A stretch of DNA of 64,000 nt from a virus. Lineage: Duplodnaviria > Caudoviricetes. The stretch's first letter is position 1, and the number at the start of each line of letters is the position of its first letter. Of this stretch, positions 37,401 to 46,925 are shown in pieces. Both the position numbers and the translations under genes were made by a program. The notes beneath the pieces were generated by a model that saw only the letters and a program-made list of their open reading frames with translations, made no database searches and was not told the DNA's origin. The stretch lies in IMG/VR virus record IMGVR_UViG_2897059268_000002, positions 1 through 64,000 of that record. The stretch is one strand, 5' to 3'.

Positions 37401-37880
37401 GTGCAGCTGCCCGAGCAGCCCGTCGCCGGGCAGCCCGACACCACCATCCGCCGCAACGCCGACCAGCTCATGGCCGCCATCAACAAGATCCAGGTCGAGA
37501 CGCCAACCTCGTACCGCGACAACACCCCGCTCCCCGCGGTCGGCCTCACCCCGCCCGTCCAGCAGCCCGGCCCGCCCCCGATGTCGCAGTGGGCGATCGA
37601 CGCGAGCGGGGTCCTGAAGGCCGTGTCCGTGGCGTCCCTGCCGATCGGCGGCGCCCTGTGGATCGTCGGCCAGATCGAACCGTGGGCCCTCGGCATCATC
37701 CTCGGCTCGCCAGCCGTCGCAGCCCTCGCCGTCGCCCGGCTGGTCGCGAAGGTCAAGGACGCCAACCAGGCCGCCCCGCAGCCGGTTGTGCAGCACTTCC
37801 ACGGCACCGTCCACCACGACGAGCGCACCGTCACCAGCACCACCCGCGGCGTCATCGCAAAGACCCAGAACCGGCACTGA
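37401..37880 (+). CDS. 2-TM membrane protein (Spd-like candidate)
   Basis: Pro-rich region then two hydrophobic helices; downstream of traB. Confidence 0.6.
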   Translation: MQLPEQPVAGQPDTTIRRNADQLMAAINKIQVETPTSYRDNTPLPAVGLTPPVQQPGPPPMSQWAIDASGVLKAVSVASLPIGGALWIVGQIEPWALGIILGSPAVAALAVARLVAKVKDANQAAPQPVVQHFHGTVHHDERTVTSTTRGVIAKTQNRH

Positions 37881-37958
37881 CCCAATCTGATCACTTCCCC
37901 CGCAACGGGGCCCACCCGCCGATAACCTCCGATCTCACACACAATCCCTGGGGGGACC

Positions 37959-38477
37959 ATGAGTACCGAAACGCCGCCACCAGTCGAACCACCCGACGCC
38001 CCCGCAGCGCCGCCCATGCCCACCGAACCCCCGGCCGTGGCACCGAAGAAGCAGCCCTCCCCGCTCCTTGCCGGGCTCCTCGGCCTGGCCATCGGGGCCG
38101 GCGCCGTCGGCGGAGTCTGGGCGTACACCGCACGCGACACCGCGCCGCCCAAGCCCGACACCTTCACGCTCAAGGGCACCTTCACTCTCATGGAAAACGC
38201 CACTGAAGACGAGGAGACCGGCTGCTACGGCACTGGCGGATACGACGACATCAAGGAAGGTGCGTCCGTCACCGTTTACGACGGCGCCGGGGGCATTGCC
38301 GCCACTGGCTCTCTCGGCCACTCCGAGTACATCGCAGGGCTCTGCATGTACGACATAGCCGTCAAGGACGTGCCGGCGGACCAGAAGTTCTACCAAGTCG
38401 AGGTGTCCCACCGGGGGAAGGTCCACCTCACCGTGAAGCAGGCCAAGGCTGGCGAGCTCACCGCGTCCCTCGGCTGA
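37959..38477 (+). CDS. Single-TM membrane protein with beta-rich domain
   Basis: Pro-rich N-terminus, LLAGLLGLAIGAGAVGGVW, two Cys. Confidence 0.7.
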   Translation: MSTETPPPVEPPDAPAAPPMPTEPPAVAPKKQPSPLLAGLLGLAIGAGAVGGVWAYTARDTAPPKPDTFTLKGTFTLMENATEDEETGCYGTGGYDDIKEGASVTVYDGAGGIAATGSLGHSEYIAGLCMYDIAVKDVPADQKFYQVEVSHRGKVHLTVKQAKAGELTASLG

Positions 38478-38490
38478 CTAGATCAACGCA

Positions 38491-38530
38491 CAACGAGGCC
38501 CCCGGACCAGACCGGCCCGGGGCCTCGTTG
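38491..38530. terminator. Strong hairpin closing the transfer operon
   Basis: CAACGAGGCCCC...GGGGCCTCGTTG. Confidence 0.7.
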
Positions 38531-39071
38531 CGTGGCAGAGCCGCCGCACGGTTGCCACATCAACCGCTTGGCATATGACGTAGGCATAGTTACAGCGTGT
38601 GGGGCCGTGACTAGACCCACAACGCCACATCCTCCAAACGGGTGACGCCGTCACAGATTCAAGAACCGGAATTCGCTATGGACGTTGACTTAGCGTGTAC
38701 AAGTGAAACGCCCCAGCACGCCAGCGAACAACTGGCGAGCCGGGGCGCAGCAACGGGAGGAGGTCAGGAACGGATGAACCGAAGCACCTTGTCCCGCAAC
38801 AACCCGACACCAGCCGGGGCGTACACCGCGAACTTCAAGCACGCAACCAGCGTCACAGCCGGCCCGATTGCCAACCAGGGGTCCACCCCCTCCACGGCGA
38901 CCAACTCGGTGAACGACACGCCGCCCACCAACACCAACACCGAGTCGGTGGCCGGATGAGAACTGCGACCAGGCGCCGCCAGGTCGCGGCCAGAGGCATT
39001 AACTGATCGTTTCAGAATGAGTTGAGCCGTGGGTCTTGCGCTCGACGATCTTGGTCGGCAGGGTGTCCGGC

Positions 39072-39880
39072 GTGCGTGCTGATCTTGTTCCGGATGACCT
39101 GTGGGAGCGGGTGGCCCCGCTGCTGCCGCCCGCCCCCGAACGGCGCCATCGCCACCCGGGGCGGCTGCGTGTTCCCGATCGAGTGGCGCTCGCCGGCGTC
39201 TTGTATGTGCTGCGGACCGGTGTCGCGTGGCGTGACGTCCCCGCGGAGGCGGTGGGCTGTTCCGGAGTGACGGCCTGGCGCCGACTGCGGGACTGGACCG
39301 AGGCTGGTGTCTGGCCGCGCCTGCACGCGGCCCTGTTGACCGAGCTTCGCCGCGCCGGCCTGCTGGACCTGGACGACTGCTCCGTGGACGGATCGCACGT
39401 CCGGGCGCTCAAAGGGGGGACCACGTCGGACCCTCGCCCGTCGATCGGGCCCGCTCCGGCTCGAAGCACCACCTGATCGTCGACCGTCACGGAACCCCGC
39501 TCGCCGTCACGCTCACCGGCGGTAACCGGCACGACGTCACCCAGCTCCTTCCTCTGCTCGACGCCGTTCCGTCGATCCGGGGTCTGCGGGGGCGTCCCCG
39601 TCGCAAGCCCCGGCGTCTGTATGCCGACCGGGGCTACGACTTCGACAAGTACCGCCGCCTGCTGTGGAAGCGGGGCATCAAGCCGATGATCGCCCGGCGC
39701 GGCGTCGCCCACGGCTCCGGACTGGGCAAGGTGCGCTGGGTGGTCGAGCGCGCCTTCGCCTGGCTGCACCAGTTCAAACGACTCCGCACCCGCTACGAAC
39801 GACGCGCCGATCTCCACCAGGGCCTGCTCGAACTGGCCTGCAGCCTCATATGCCTGCGCCGCCTCCGAACTTCATTCTGA
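39072..39880 (+). CDS. IS5-family transposase in two frames joined by a -1 frameshift near 39411-39420
   Basis: DDLWERVAPLLP...YVLRTGVAWRDVP; AAAGGGGGGA slippery site; GSKHHLIVD, ADRGYD, RWVVERAFAWL. Confidence 0.9.
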
Positions 39881-39961
39881 AAGATCAGTAATCAGTAAGG
39901 GGCGATGCTCCGAAGTTGGTGCAGGGTAGCGAAGTCGGGTTCCTGCCCTTGCGAGCTGAAC

Positions 39962-40288
39962 TCAGGTGAGGTCGAAGGTGACGCTCACGGAGCCGTCCCA
40001 GTCCGGTGCCTCCACGAGCGTGAGGGCCCCATCCTCGGCCTCGACGACTCGCACCGTGATCTCGCCGCAGTCCTCACCTGGAAACGCAATGGAAAAGTGG
40101 GGATCCATCTCCATGAGGAAGTCCCAGCCCTCGCGTTGGGTCGCGTCAAGGGCGTTGGCATGCTGACCGGTAGCCCGCCACTTGCCGTCCGCGTCGACAG
40201 TGGCAGTGATGTTGATGTCGTACGTCTCTAGGCAAATCGACTGATTAGCCCACCATTCGAGGCGGCCCTGACCCACGAATCGATCCAT
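39962..40288 (-). CDS. Hypothetical protein, IS passenger
   Basis: MDRFVGQGRLEWWAN... ORF between the two right IRs. Confidence 0.6.
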   Translation of the reverse strand: MDRFVGQGRLEWWANQSICLETYDINITATVDADGKWRATGQHANALDATQREGWDFLMEMDPHFSIAFPGEDCGEITVRVVEAEDGALTLVEAPDWDGSVSVTFDLT

Positions 40289-40692
40289 GAGCACACTATG
40301 CAGCCGTGCATGCCGACCGGGCGAGCCTGCACGACTGCCGGCCGTCGTGGGACAGGTCGCGACACAGAATTGCATGGGCAGACCGGACGGGCCCTCGCCT
40401 CATCCGGCGGTACCCCATACGCCTCCGCCGCCTCGCGACCTCATTCTGAAACCATCAGTAAGCCCCTGGCCCGCAGGGGATTGATCCATAGCTAATTCCT
40501 CTGTGAGGCGTCACCCCTCGCCTGCTCTGCTTTGCCGGCTACGAGGGTGAGGGGTGACGCGGTCCGTAGGCGCAATAGCGCTTCAGATGACACAACGACA
40601 CCCGTAAGCGTTTGAGGACCCATATCCAGGTCGACCACCCCATGGTGTGAACGCCCGAAACCTCGCGCTACCCGCGGGCGTTTACCTACGGC

Positions 40693-40875
40693 TCACCGAA
40701 CGGCTAGGCCCCGGACCTCTTGGTCCGGGGCCTTGCGTGTGGCACGGGCGATCCATGCCCCGCCGAGCCGGTCCGTGGGCGGCAGGGTCACCTCGACGTG
40801 CAGCAGCCGGCGCAGGTCATCCAACGCCTGCTGGCACTCCGCCTGGGTGCGACCGTGGACCGTGTACCTCGCCAT
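40693..40875 (-). CDS. Small hypothetical protein
   Basis: MARYTVHGRTQAECQQALDDL. Confidence 0.5.
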   Translation of the reverse strand: MARYTVHGRTQAECQQALDDLRRLLHVEVTLPPTDRLGGAWIARATRKAPDQEVRGLAVR

Positions 40876-40973
40876 GGGGGCATTCTGCCGGGGGAGCGGG
40901 GGCGGTGAGGTCGGAACCAGATATGACGCCCCATCCACAGATACCCTGACCCCGTCGACACCAAGGGGGGCAC

Positions 40974-41426
40974 GTGGACTACAGGGTGCGCTGCTACGTC
41001 CCAGGGAAGCCGCCCCGCGAGTGGCACTACCCGACACGCCGCCAAGCCGACAAGCAGTGCGACGGCATCCTCCGAACCGCCCGGCAAGAAGGCGCCCCCG
41101 TCACCGTCATTCTCCGCCCCCCAAGCGGCAAATCGGAGCGCACCGTCCTCGAAGCCGGCCAACCCAAGCTTCAACTCTCACCCTCGATCGTCGCTAGACG
41201 CGAAGCAGGGGCAGTCGCGCGGCGGCAGCAGCAACGGGAGGCCGAAGCCGCTGCCGCTGCGGTGCCGCCACCCGAGCCGACCATCCCCGGGTGGCAGATC
41301 GCGTTGTTCTTCCTTATGGCGTTGATCGGGGCGCTGCCGCGACGAAGCCACCGCGGCACCGCGCGCATCTTCACCGGGAACACGTGGGGGAGTGGCGGAG
41401 GCGGCGACTTCGGCGGCGACCTGTAG
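40974..41426 (+). CDS. Hypothetical membrane-anchored protein
   Basis: AAGGGG RBS, C-terminal TM, Gly-rich tail. Confidence 0.55.
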   Translation: MDYRVRCYVPGKPPREWHYPTRRQADKQCDGILRTARQEGAPVTVILRPPSGKSERTVLEAGQPKLQLSPSIVARREAGAVARRQQQREAEAAAAAVPPPEPTIPGWQIALFFLMALIGALPRRSHRGTARIFTGNTWGSGGGGDFGGDL

Positions 41427-41465
41427 CCGAGGTCGCCGCACCGGCATGGACGCGGTGGCCGCCGG

Positions 41466-41759
41466 CTAGTCGTGCGGGTAGTCGTTGTGTTCGACGTAGG
41501 GGGCGGCGAGGAGCCGCAGCTGGTACTCGGCGGTCTGGCCGGCCTCCCCGCCCGCACCCAGGTACGGGATCACGGTGTCCTCCAGCAGCGTGAGATGCAC
41601 CTCCGCCGCGGCAACGGAGAACCTGGCGTGCCGGGCGGCGTCCTCGGGGGCGACACCGAACCGCTCGGGATCCTGGGTGACCGTGCTGCTCGCGAACCGG
41701 GCCTTCTCCAGCTCCTCGGCGAACCGGGCCGTGAGGAAGGCCGCCAAGGCGTCGGTCAT
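41466..41759 (-). CDS. Hypothetical protein (DUF6221-like)
   Basis: DALAAFLTARFAEE...LRLLAAPYVEHNDY. Confidence 0.6.
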   Translation of the reverse strand: MTDALAAFLTARFAEELEKARFASSTVTQDPERFGVAPEDAARHARFSVAAAEVHLTLLEDTVIPYLGAGGEAGQTAEYQLRLLAAPYVEHNDYPHD

Positions 41760-42028
41760 GAGGGCTCTCCTTCGGGCTTGAGCTTGCCGACGGTCGGCGG
41801 GCGGAGGCGCTCGACTCCCTCGGCGCGGGCGATGCGCCGGAAGTATTCCGGGGTGAGTCCGGTGAGCTTCGCCAGCTGGCTGACCGTTGCCCCAGCTTTG
41901 AGGTCGGCTGCCGCTTGCTCCCGGACTGGGTCTTTGAGCTCTGCTTCGGCTTCGCGGGCGCGCTTGTAGCGGGCGTAGAGCCGGGTGGCTTCTTCGTCGG
42001 GGGCGTAGTCGGTGGCCATAGGGGTCAT
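41756..42028 (-). CDS. Small HTH regulator
   Basis: GATVSQLAKLTGLTPEYFRRIAR. Confidence 0.7.
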   Translation of the reverse strand: MTPMATDYAPDEEATRLYARYKRAREAEAELKDPVREQAAADLKAGATVSQLAKLTGLTPEYFRRIARAEGVERLRPPTVGKLKPEGEPS

Positions 42029-42043
42029 GGTCCCACATTTGTT

Positions 42044-42129
42044 GGCCACCGATAAGGCCACCGGGTTGCCCTAGCTAAAGAATCATGATGGCCAATGCGT
42101 TGGCCTCTTGCGTGGGCAACGCGTTGGCC
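42044..42129. promoter_or_regulatory. Divergent control region with GGCCAA-N4-TTGGCC-type operators
   Basis: 42090-42105 and 42114-42129; degenerate copies at 42044 and 42056. Confidence 0.6.
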
Positions 42130-42179
42130 TATATGTTGGAGTCATCGCCAAGCCGCACAGCACCACCCGAGGGGGACCC

Positions 42180-42581
42180 GTGATCGCCAGCAACCGCACC
42201 CGCCGGACACTCCGCACCATCGCCGCCACCCACCGCGCCGCCCGCCACACGGCGAAGGCCCTCAAGTACCGGTGCCTCTCCGGCCTCATCGCCATCGCCG
42301 TCGACGCAGGCACTCTCATCAAGACCGGCGACATGCTCGACCGGCTCGGCGCCGACGACCTCAAAGACGGCTTCAAGTCCTGGTACGGCCGACACGTCAA
42401 GAAGGCGTACATCGCCGCCAACGGGCAGCCCCCGGTCATGGTGTGGGCGCAGCACCGCACCACCGGGAAGTGGATTCACGTCGCCGCCTACCAGCCCCTC
42501 GACCGGGCCCTGATCATCGGCCTCGCCACGTACAAGCAGACCCGGCACCTGGTCGCCGACAACTTCGCGGAGTGCGCCTAG
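42180..42581 (+). CDS. Hypothetical protein
   Basis: GAGGGGG RBS, GC3-rich. Confidence 0.65.
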   Translation: MIASNRTRRTLRTIAATHRAARHTAKALKYRCLSGLIAIAVDAGTLIKTGDMLDRLGADDLKDGFKSWYGRHVKKAYIAANGQPPVMVWAQHRTTGKWIHVAAYQPLDRALIIGLATYKQTRHLVADNFAECA

Positions 42582-42638
42582 ACCAACTTCGCGGCGCACC
42601 AGACGATCACCACCGGAAACCCGATCAGGGAGCACCCG

Positions 42639-43136
42639 ATGATCGACACCCTCGGCTTCCACACCGACGACGACCTCCACGCCGAGCTCGCCAACCTCGA
42701 CCGGCGCATCAGCGACCTCGCCACCCAGATCGACCACGGCCGCTTCCACAGCCTCGAAGCCGACCGGAACATTCGCGCCTACCACGCGTCCCTCCTGGGC
42801 GCACGCCCCAAGCTCGCCGCCCAGGTCGCCGAGGCCGACGCCGACACCGACCGGCTCCTCGACGCGGTCAACGCCGTCGGCGACGCCGTCCTCGGGTTCA
42901 TCGCCTACGTCGTGTACGGGCCGGTCGTGCTGCCCGTCCCGCCGCTCCACGAGGTCCGCGTTGTCGAGCGCGACGGCGGCTACACCGTCCCCGGAACCGT
43001 CCGCCGTCGTGTGCCGGCCGACCAGGTCGCCGCCGTGGAGCGGGAACTGCGGACCGCGGTGGCGGCCCCGGGCGGGCACGCCTGGATCTGGGGCCGGACG
43101 ATCCGCGCCTACCGCACCCAGGTCACCGCGTACTGA
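42639..43136 (+). CDS. Hypothetical protein
   Basis: GGGAG RBS. Confidence 0.65.
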   Translation: MIDTLGFHTDDDLHAELANLDRRISDLATQIDHGRFHSLEADRNIRAYHASLLGARPKLAAQVAEADADTDRLLDAVNAVGDAVLGFIAYVVYGPVVLPVPPLHEVRVVERDGGYTVPGTVRRRVPADQVAAVERELRTAVAAPGGHAWIWGRTIRAYRTQVTAY

Positions 43137-43193
43137 CCACCACTGCCCATCCTGCGGCGGACTTCCCCCCGCCCTGCCTCCGGAAGGACCCCG

Positions 43194-43370
43194 ATGACCG
43201 ACAAGAGCAGCGAGGAGCTCCGCTTCGTCGTGGAGCAGCACGGTCGGCGCAGCTTCTACGTCTTCGACCGGACCACCGGCCTGAGCCGCCACCCGAGCTT
43301 CACCCGCCGGGGTGCGCAGAAGATCGCTGACCACAAGAACGCCGAGCACGCCGCTGGAGGCACCCGATGA
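43194..43370 (+). CDS. Small hypothetical protein
   Basis: AAGGA RBS; coupled to next gene. Confidence 0.55.
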   Translation: MTDKSSEELRFVVEQHGRRSFYVFDRTTGLSRHPSFTRRGAQKIADHKNAEHAAGGTR

Positions 43371-43855
43371 CCGACACCCCGATGACCCCGGACGTGGCCC
43401 TGACCCGTCTCCGCCAGTACGGCGAGCGCACCTCGACCTGGTCGACCGCCACGTACAACGACGGCACGGAGAAGGCCCTGCACCAGATCGCGGTGAGCCT
43501 CGCCAGCGAGGTTGAGCGGCTGCGCCTCCGGCCGGTCGAGGCGCACGTCCTGCGCAACGCGGCATCCGCCCTGGAGGACGACCACCCCGGCGCCGCCGCT
43601 GTGGTGCTGGAGATGGCGAACAAGGCCGAGCGCGCTGCGGCTGCCCGCCCGTGGGCCAGCTCAGCCCAGCAGCCGAGCAAGAGCCGCGTCGTGCTGAGCG
43701 ACCACGACCTGTCGCGGGTGGAGTTCGCCCGCACGAAGCACGCCGAGCTGAACGGTCACTCCGGTGACTACGCGGAACGTCTCGGCTCCATGTCCGCCCT
43801 CGCGGAGATCCTGCTTGAGGTCATCGACCGCGCAGAGGTCGGCGGCACCCCGTGA
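43367..43855 (+). CDS. Hypothetical protein
   Basis: GGAGG RBS. Confidence 0.65.
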   Translation: MTDTPMTPDVALTRLRQYGERTSTWSTATYNDGTEKALHQIAVSLASEVERLRLRPVEAHVLRNAASALEDDHPGAAAVVLEMANKAERAAAARPWASSAQQPSKSRVVLSDHDLSRVEFARTKHAELNGHSGDYAERLGSMSALAEILLEVIDRAEVGGTP

Positions 43856-43966
43856 CCCCGCCGCCGGCCCCGGCCCCGTTGCCACCGTGGGAAGAAACCC
43901 TGGCCGAGACCATCGCCTGGGACCGATCGTGGGACCGATACGACCAAGACGACGAGGACTAGACCG

Positions 43967-44143
43967 ATGAATGCCAAGATCAGCGCACGGGGGAAGTGCC
44001 GCGTCTGCGGCAGGGAGTACAAGCTCACCCGGGCTGGATTCCTGCCCCGGCACTGGGCGCGAGACGAAGGTGGGCAGGCCGCCATCGGTCTCCCGAACTG
44101 TCGCGGCGCTGGGATGACCCCGACCTCGTCACCCACCACCTGA
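43967..44143 (+). CDS. Small Zn-ribbon-like protein
   Basis: CRVCG...H...C; GAGGA RBS. Confidence 0.5.
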   Translation: MNAKISARGKCRVCGREYKLTRAGFLPRHWARDEGGQAAIGLPNCRGAGMTPTSSPTT

Positions 44144-44199
44144 CCGCCCCTGGTCTGCTGTGTACGGCACGGCAGCCCCCAACCCGAAGGAGCACCGAG

Positions 44200-44493
44200 A
44201 TGTCCGTTTCCCCCTTGCAAGCCGCGGTTGCGTACTTCGAAGGCCAGTACGTGACCCAGTTCTACGGCCATCAGGTCGCCGCCCGGCTGCGCGCCCTCGC
44301 CGCTGAGGCACCCGCTCCTGCCGACCGGGCCATGCTGACCGAGATCGAGCGGCAGCTCCTCGGCTTCGCGCTGGAACTGGCCGAAGAGGAGATCCACGCC
44401 CGGGGCCTGGAGATCCCCGACAAGGACCGGGCCGCGCTCACCTCGCTCCGCCGCCTCGCAGACGACACCACCACCCAGGAGCCCCCGCGATGA
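44200..44493 (+). CDS. Hypothetical protein
   Basis: AAGGAG RBS; shares a domain with 4327-4746. Confidence 0.6.
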   Translation: MSVSPLQAAVAYFEGQYVTQFYGHQVAARLRALAAEAPAPADRAMLTEIERQLLGFALELAEEEIHARGLEIPDKDRAALTSLRRLADDTTTQEPPR

Positions 44494-44754
44494 TCCAGCC
44501 CGGACAGACCCGCGACTGGGCGCACTGGCGCACCGGATACGTCCTGGAGGAAGTGGGAGAGCTTGCGGCCAAGCCCGACCATTCACCCGCGGAGCCCCAA
44601 TAGGGCAGATTAAGACGGCATGAATGGCATGATCTCAACGCCCTAAATCCTGCTAGACGAACCAAGCGCGGCCTGCGTAGCCTCACCTACTCGGGACAGC
44701 TGATCATGAACGCTGCGCCCGTCTCGTAATTTCCAATTCGAGGAAGAGTGAACT

Positions 44755-45243
44755 ATGCGCACTTCGATCCGCCTTGCAGCCCTGGCCGTCAGCGCCACCG
44801 CCGCCATCACTCTCAACGCTGGCACTGCCGCCGCCGCCACCGTGAACTGGAAGGAAGTGGACACGAACTCCAACTGGCACTGTAGCGCTTGGGAGCAGCA
44901 CTGGGCCGCCTCCGGCCCCGATGAAGGCAACTACAACTTCAAGCCCTGCATAGTCGTCAACTCCAGCGGCGGTGCACAGGGTGTCCTGGTGATACAGAAC
45001 GCATCGATCTACCAAAAGATGCTCGTCAAGGGGGCAGTCAGATTCCCGAGTAGCGACGCCGCCGGTCAGACGCTTTGCGCCGAGAGCGTGATCAATAACC
45101 CATTCACTCGCGGATGCTTCGCCCCCACGAAGAACGTCGGCTGCGGAAATACTCCCGGCATCGAGGTGCTTGTCTACGTGAAGGTTGACGGCGAATGGAA
45201 AGAAGACACGTACTCTATAGCTGGCGTGTCAATGCCCTGCTAG
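44755..45243 (+). CDS. Secreted Cys-containing protein (moron)
   Basis: Sec signal peptide ending AGTAAAA; six Cys; lower GC; own terminator. Confidence 0.75.
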   Translation: MRTSIRLAALAVSATAAITLNAGTAAAATVNWKEVDTNSNWHCSAWEQHWAASGPDEGNYNFKPCIVVNSSGGAQGVLVIQNASIYQKMLVKGAVRFPSSDAAGQTLCAESVINNPFTRGCFAPTKNVGCGNTPGIEVLVYVKVDGEWKEDTYSIAGVSMPC

Positions 45244-45306
45244 GCCAGGGCGTGGCTTCTGCCTACTGTAGGAGCTGAAGCTCGCTCATCCGGAAGCATC
45301 TCGTCA

Positions 45307-45343
45307 CCTCGGGCCCGTCCTGAACCATCAGGCGGGCCCGAGG
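45307..45343. terminator. Hairpin after secreted protein gene
   Basis: CCTCGGGCCCG...CGGGCCCGAGG. Confidence 0.6.
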
Positions 45344-45439
45344 CGCGCCGAGAGCATCATCAGCCCAGGGTTGTCATCACGTCAGCGCACAATTGGCCTA
45401 CAAGCCACTTGCTTCCCGCACCCACCACGAGGAGCCGCT

Positions 45440-46147
45440 GTGCACGACAACCCCGCCCAGGACGACTACCAGTGGCCCGTGTGCGTAACCCCCCGATGCA
45501 ACCGGCAGCTCTGGGTCGCCGAAGCCGGCCGGTACGCGTGCAGGCCCTGCGAAGAACAGACCGCCAAGCAGCTCACCGAACTCGGGCAGCTGTTCCGCAG
45601 GCTTAACGAAACCTCCACGCTCATGCGCGGCGCCCGCCGGGCCGGCGGTGCCACCTCAGGCAGCCGCACCCCGCCGATACCCCCGCGCCTCGAAGTGCTC
45701 GCCCTCACCGCCGCTGGGGGAGTGGCGACCAGGTTGCGTGACATCGAGGACTCGTGGCGGAAGGCTCTCGGCTGGACCGTCGCACCGTGGCGCGGCAGCC
45801 CCACCCAAGCCGTGCCGGAGCACCTCAAGTTCCTGACCAACAACCTGCCGTGGGCCGTGTCGAGCTACGAGTCGGTCGGGCAAGACATCGACGACCTCCG
45901 CAAGCTCCACGCCGAATGCGTCGCCGTCGCCGCCAACGAACACCGGCCCGGACGGGTCAACATCGGCCGCTGCCCCACCCGAGGAGACGACGGCAGCCTG
46001 TGCCGGGCTGATCTCACCGCCACTGCCACCAGCCACCGCGTCCACTGCGGGGCCTGCGGGGCCAGGTGGGAAACGCTCGGGGAGTGGAAGCATCTGCGGG
46101 AACAGCAAGACGCAGTGCTGCGGGAAGACGCGGGGTTGGCGGCATGA
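45440..46147 (+). CDS. Zn-binding phage protein, possible late regulator
   Basis: N- and C-terminal Cys pairs; lies before the late region. Confidence 0.65.
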   Translation: MHDNPAQDDYQWPVCVTPRCNRQLWVAEAGRYACRPCEEQTAKQLTELGQLFRRLNETSTLMRGARRAGGATSGSRTPPIPPRLEVLALTAAGGVATRLRDIEDSWRKALGWTVAPWRGSPTQAVPEHLKFLTNNLPWAVSSYESVGQDIDDLRKLHAECVAVAANEHRPGRVNIGRCPTRGDDGSLCRADLTATATSHRVHCGACGARWETLGEWKHLREQQDAVLREDAGLAA

Positions 46148-46386
46148 ACGAAACGGTGATGGTCATCAGCGCTGGCCTTGGCGGAATCGGCCTTGGGATA
46201 GCTGTGCTCCTGTTCGTGTTCAGGGACGCCCCCTTCGGTCTGCGCGATGATGGGCCCCCTTGCGACCGGTGCCAGAGGGTGACCCGCCGCCCGCACCTAC
46301 GTTGGACACTCGGCATCCACTGGCACTGTGCGGACTGCGAAAAGGAAGTCGACGCCCTGATCTTCAGGGCGCGGCCGACGCTCTGA
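46144..46386 (+). CDS. Small membrane protein with CxxC pairs
   Basis: N-terminal TM, CDRC...CADC. Confidence 0.55.
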   Translation: MNETVMVISAGLGGIGLGIAVLLFVFRDAPFGLRDDGPPCDRCQRVTRRPHLRWTLGIHWHCADCEKEVDALIFRARPTL

Positions 46387-46399
46387 ACTAGTCAACTAT

Positions 46400-46428
46400 T
46401 TGACAACCCCCAAAACCGAAGGCAAGAT
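46400..46428 (+). promoter_or_regulatory. Candidate sigma70-type promoter for late region
   Basis: TTGACA-N17-CAAGAT; hairpin near 46455-46478. Confidence 0.5.
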
Positions 46429-46499
46429 CTGCTCAGATATCAGAACTTCGCGCTGAGGCCACCCGACCGGGTGGCCTCTCGTCGTTCCAGGAGGTGAAC

Positions 46500-46739
46500 A
46501 TGCCCTCCATCGCCCTCGGCACCGCCGCCGACATGGCCTACTGGACCGGCCGCCCCATCGGCACCATCTGGCGCTGGGCATCCGAAGGACGTCTCACCGT
46601 CTACGGAACTGGTAGGCAGGCCCGTTACGACCTCATGGAAGTCGAGCCCGCCGAACGAGACCCAGACACTCGCGAACTTCTGACCCCCACGCCCGCGCCC
46701 GCCCTCAAAAGGCCCGCGCCGGTCGCAGCAGCCGCCTGA
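46500..46739 (+). CDS. Small HTH-like protein
   Basis: AADMAYWTGRPIGTIWRWASEGRL; AGGAGG RBS. Confidence 0.65.
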   Translation: MPSIALGTAADMAYWTGRPIGTIWRWASEGRLTVYGTGRQARYDLMEVEPAERDPDTRELLTPTPAPALKRPAPVAAAA

Positions 46740-46925
46740 CCCCTGATCCCCTGCGCTGGTGGGCGCAGGCCGGGCCTCGACGCGCCACTGCGCTCGGCCC
46801 ACTCTGTCCGCCCGGTCGAGGGTCCGGGCGGACACAGACCCGGGACCCCCAGTCCCGACGTGACCCCGCCGTCGACACCTCCCCCGTTCGACGGCGGGGC
46901 CACACCCCAGACGAGGGAGGCCGCC

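Larger units (their letters stand above)
39003..40458 (+). mobile_element. IS5-family element with two right ends and a passenger gene
   Basis: IRL 39003-39020; IRR copies at 39872-39888 and 40441-40458; TAA flanks. Confidence 0.85.

Noticed and set aside
29180-38530. Complete autonomous AICE nested in the prophage
   Set aside because: No RepSA/prim-pol, own integrase or att repeats seen at the module edges; not fully excluded without alignment to relatives
38642-38959. 105-aa ORF upstream of the IS
   Set aside because: Low-complexity Thr/Asn/Pro sequence with an uncertain start; could be real but I cannot support it
39411-39420. Transposase pseudogene
   Set aside because: The frame break is at an AAAGGGGGGA run typical of programmed frameshifting in two-ORF IS5 members, and both halves are intact
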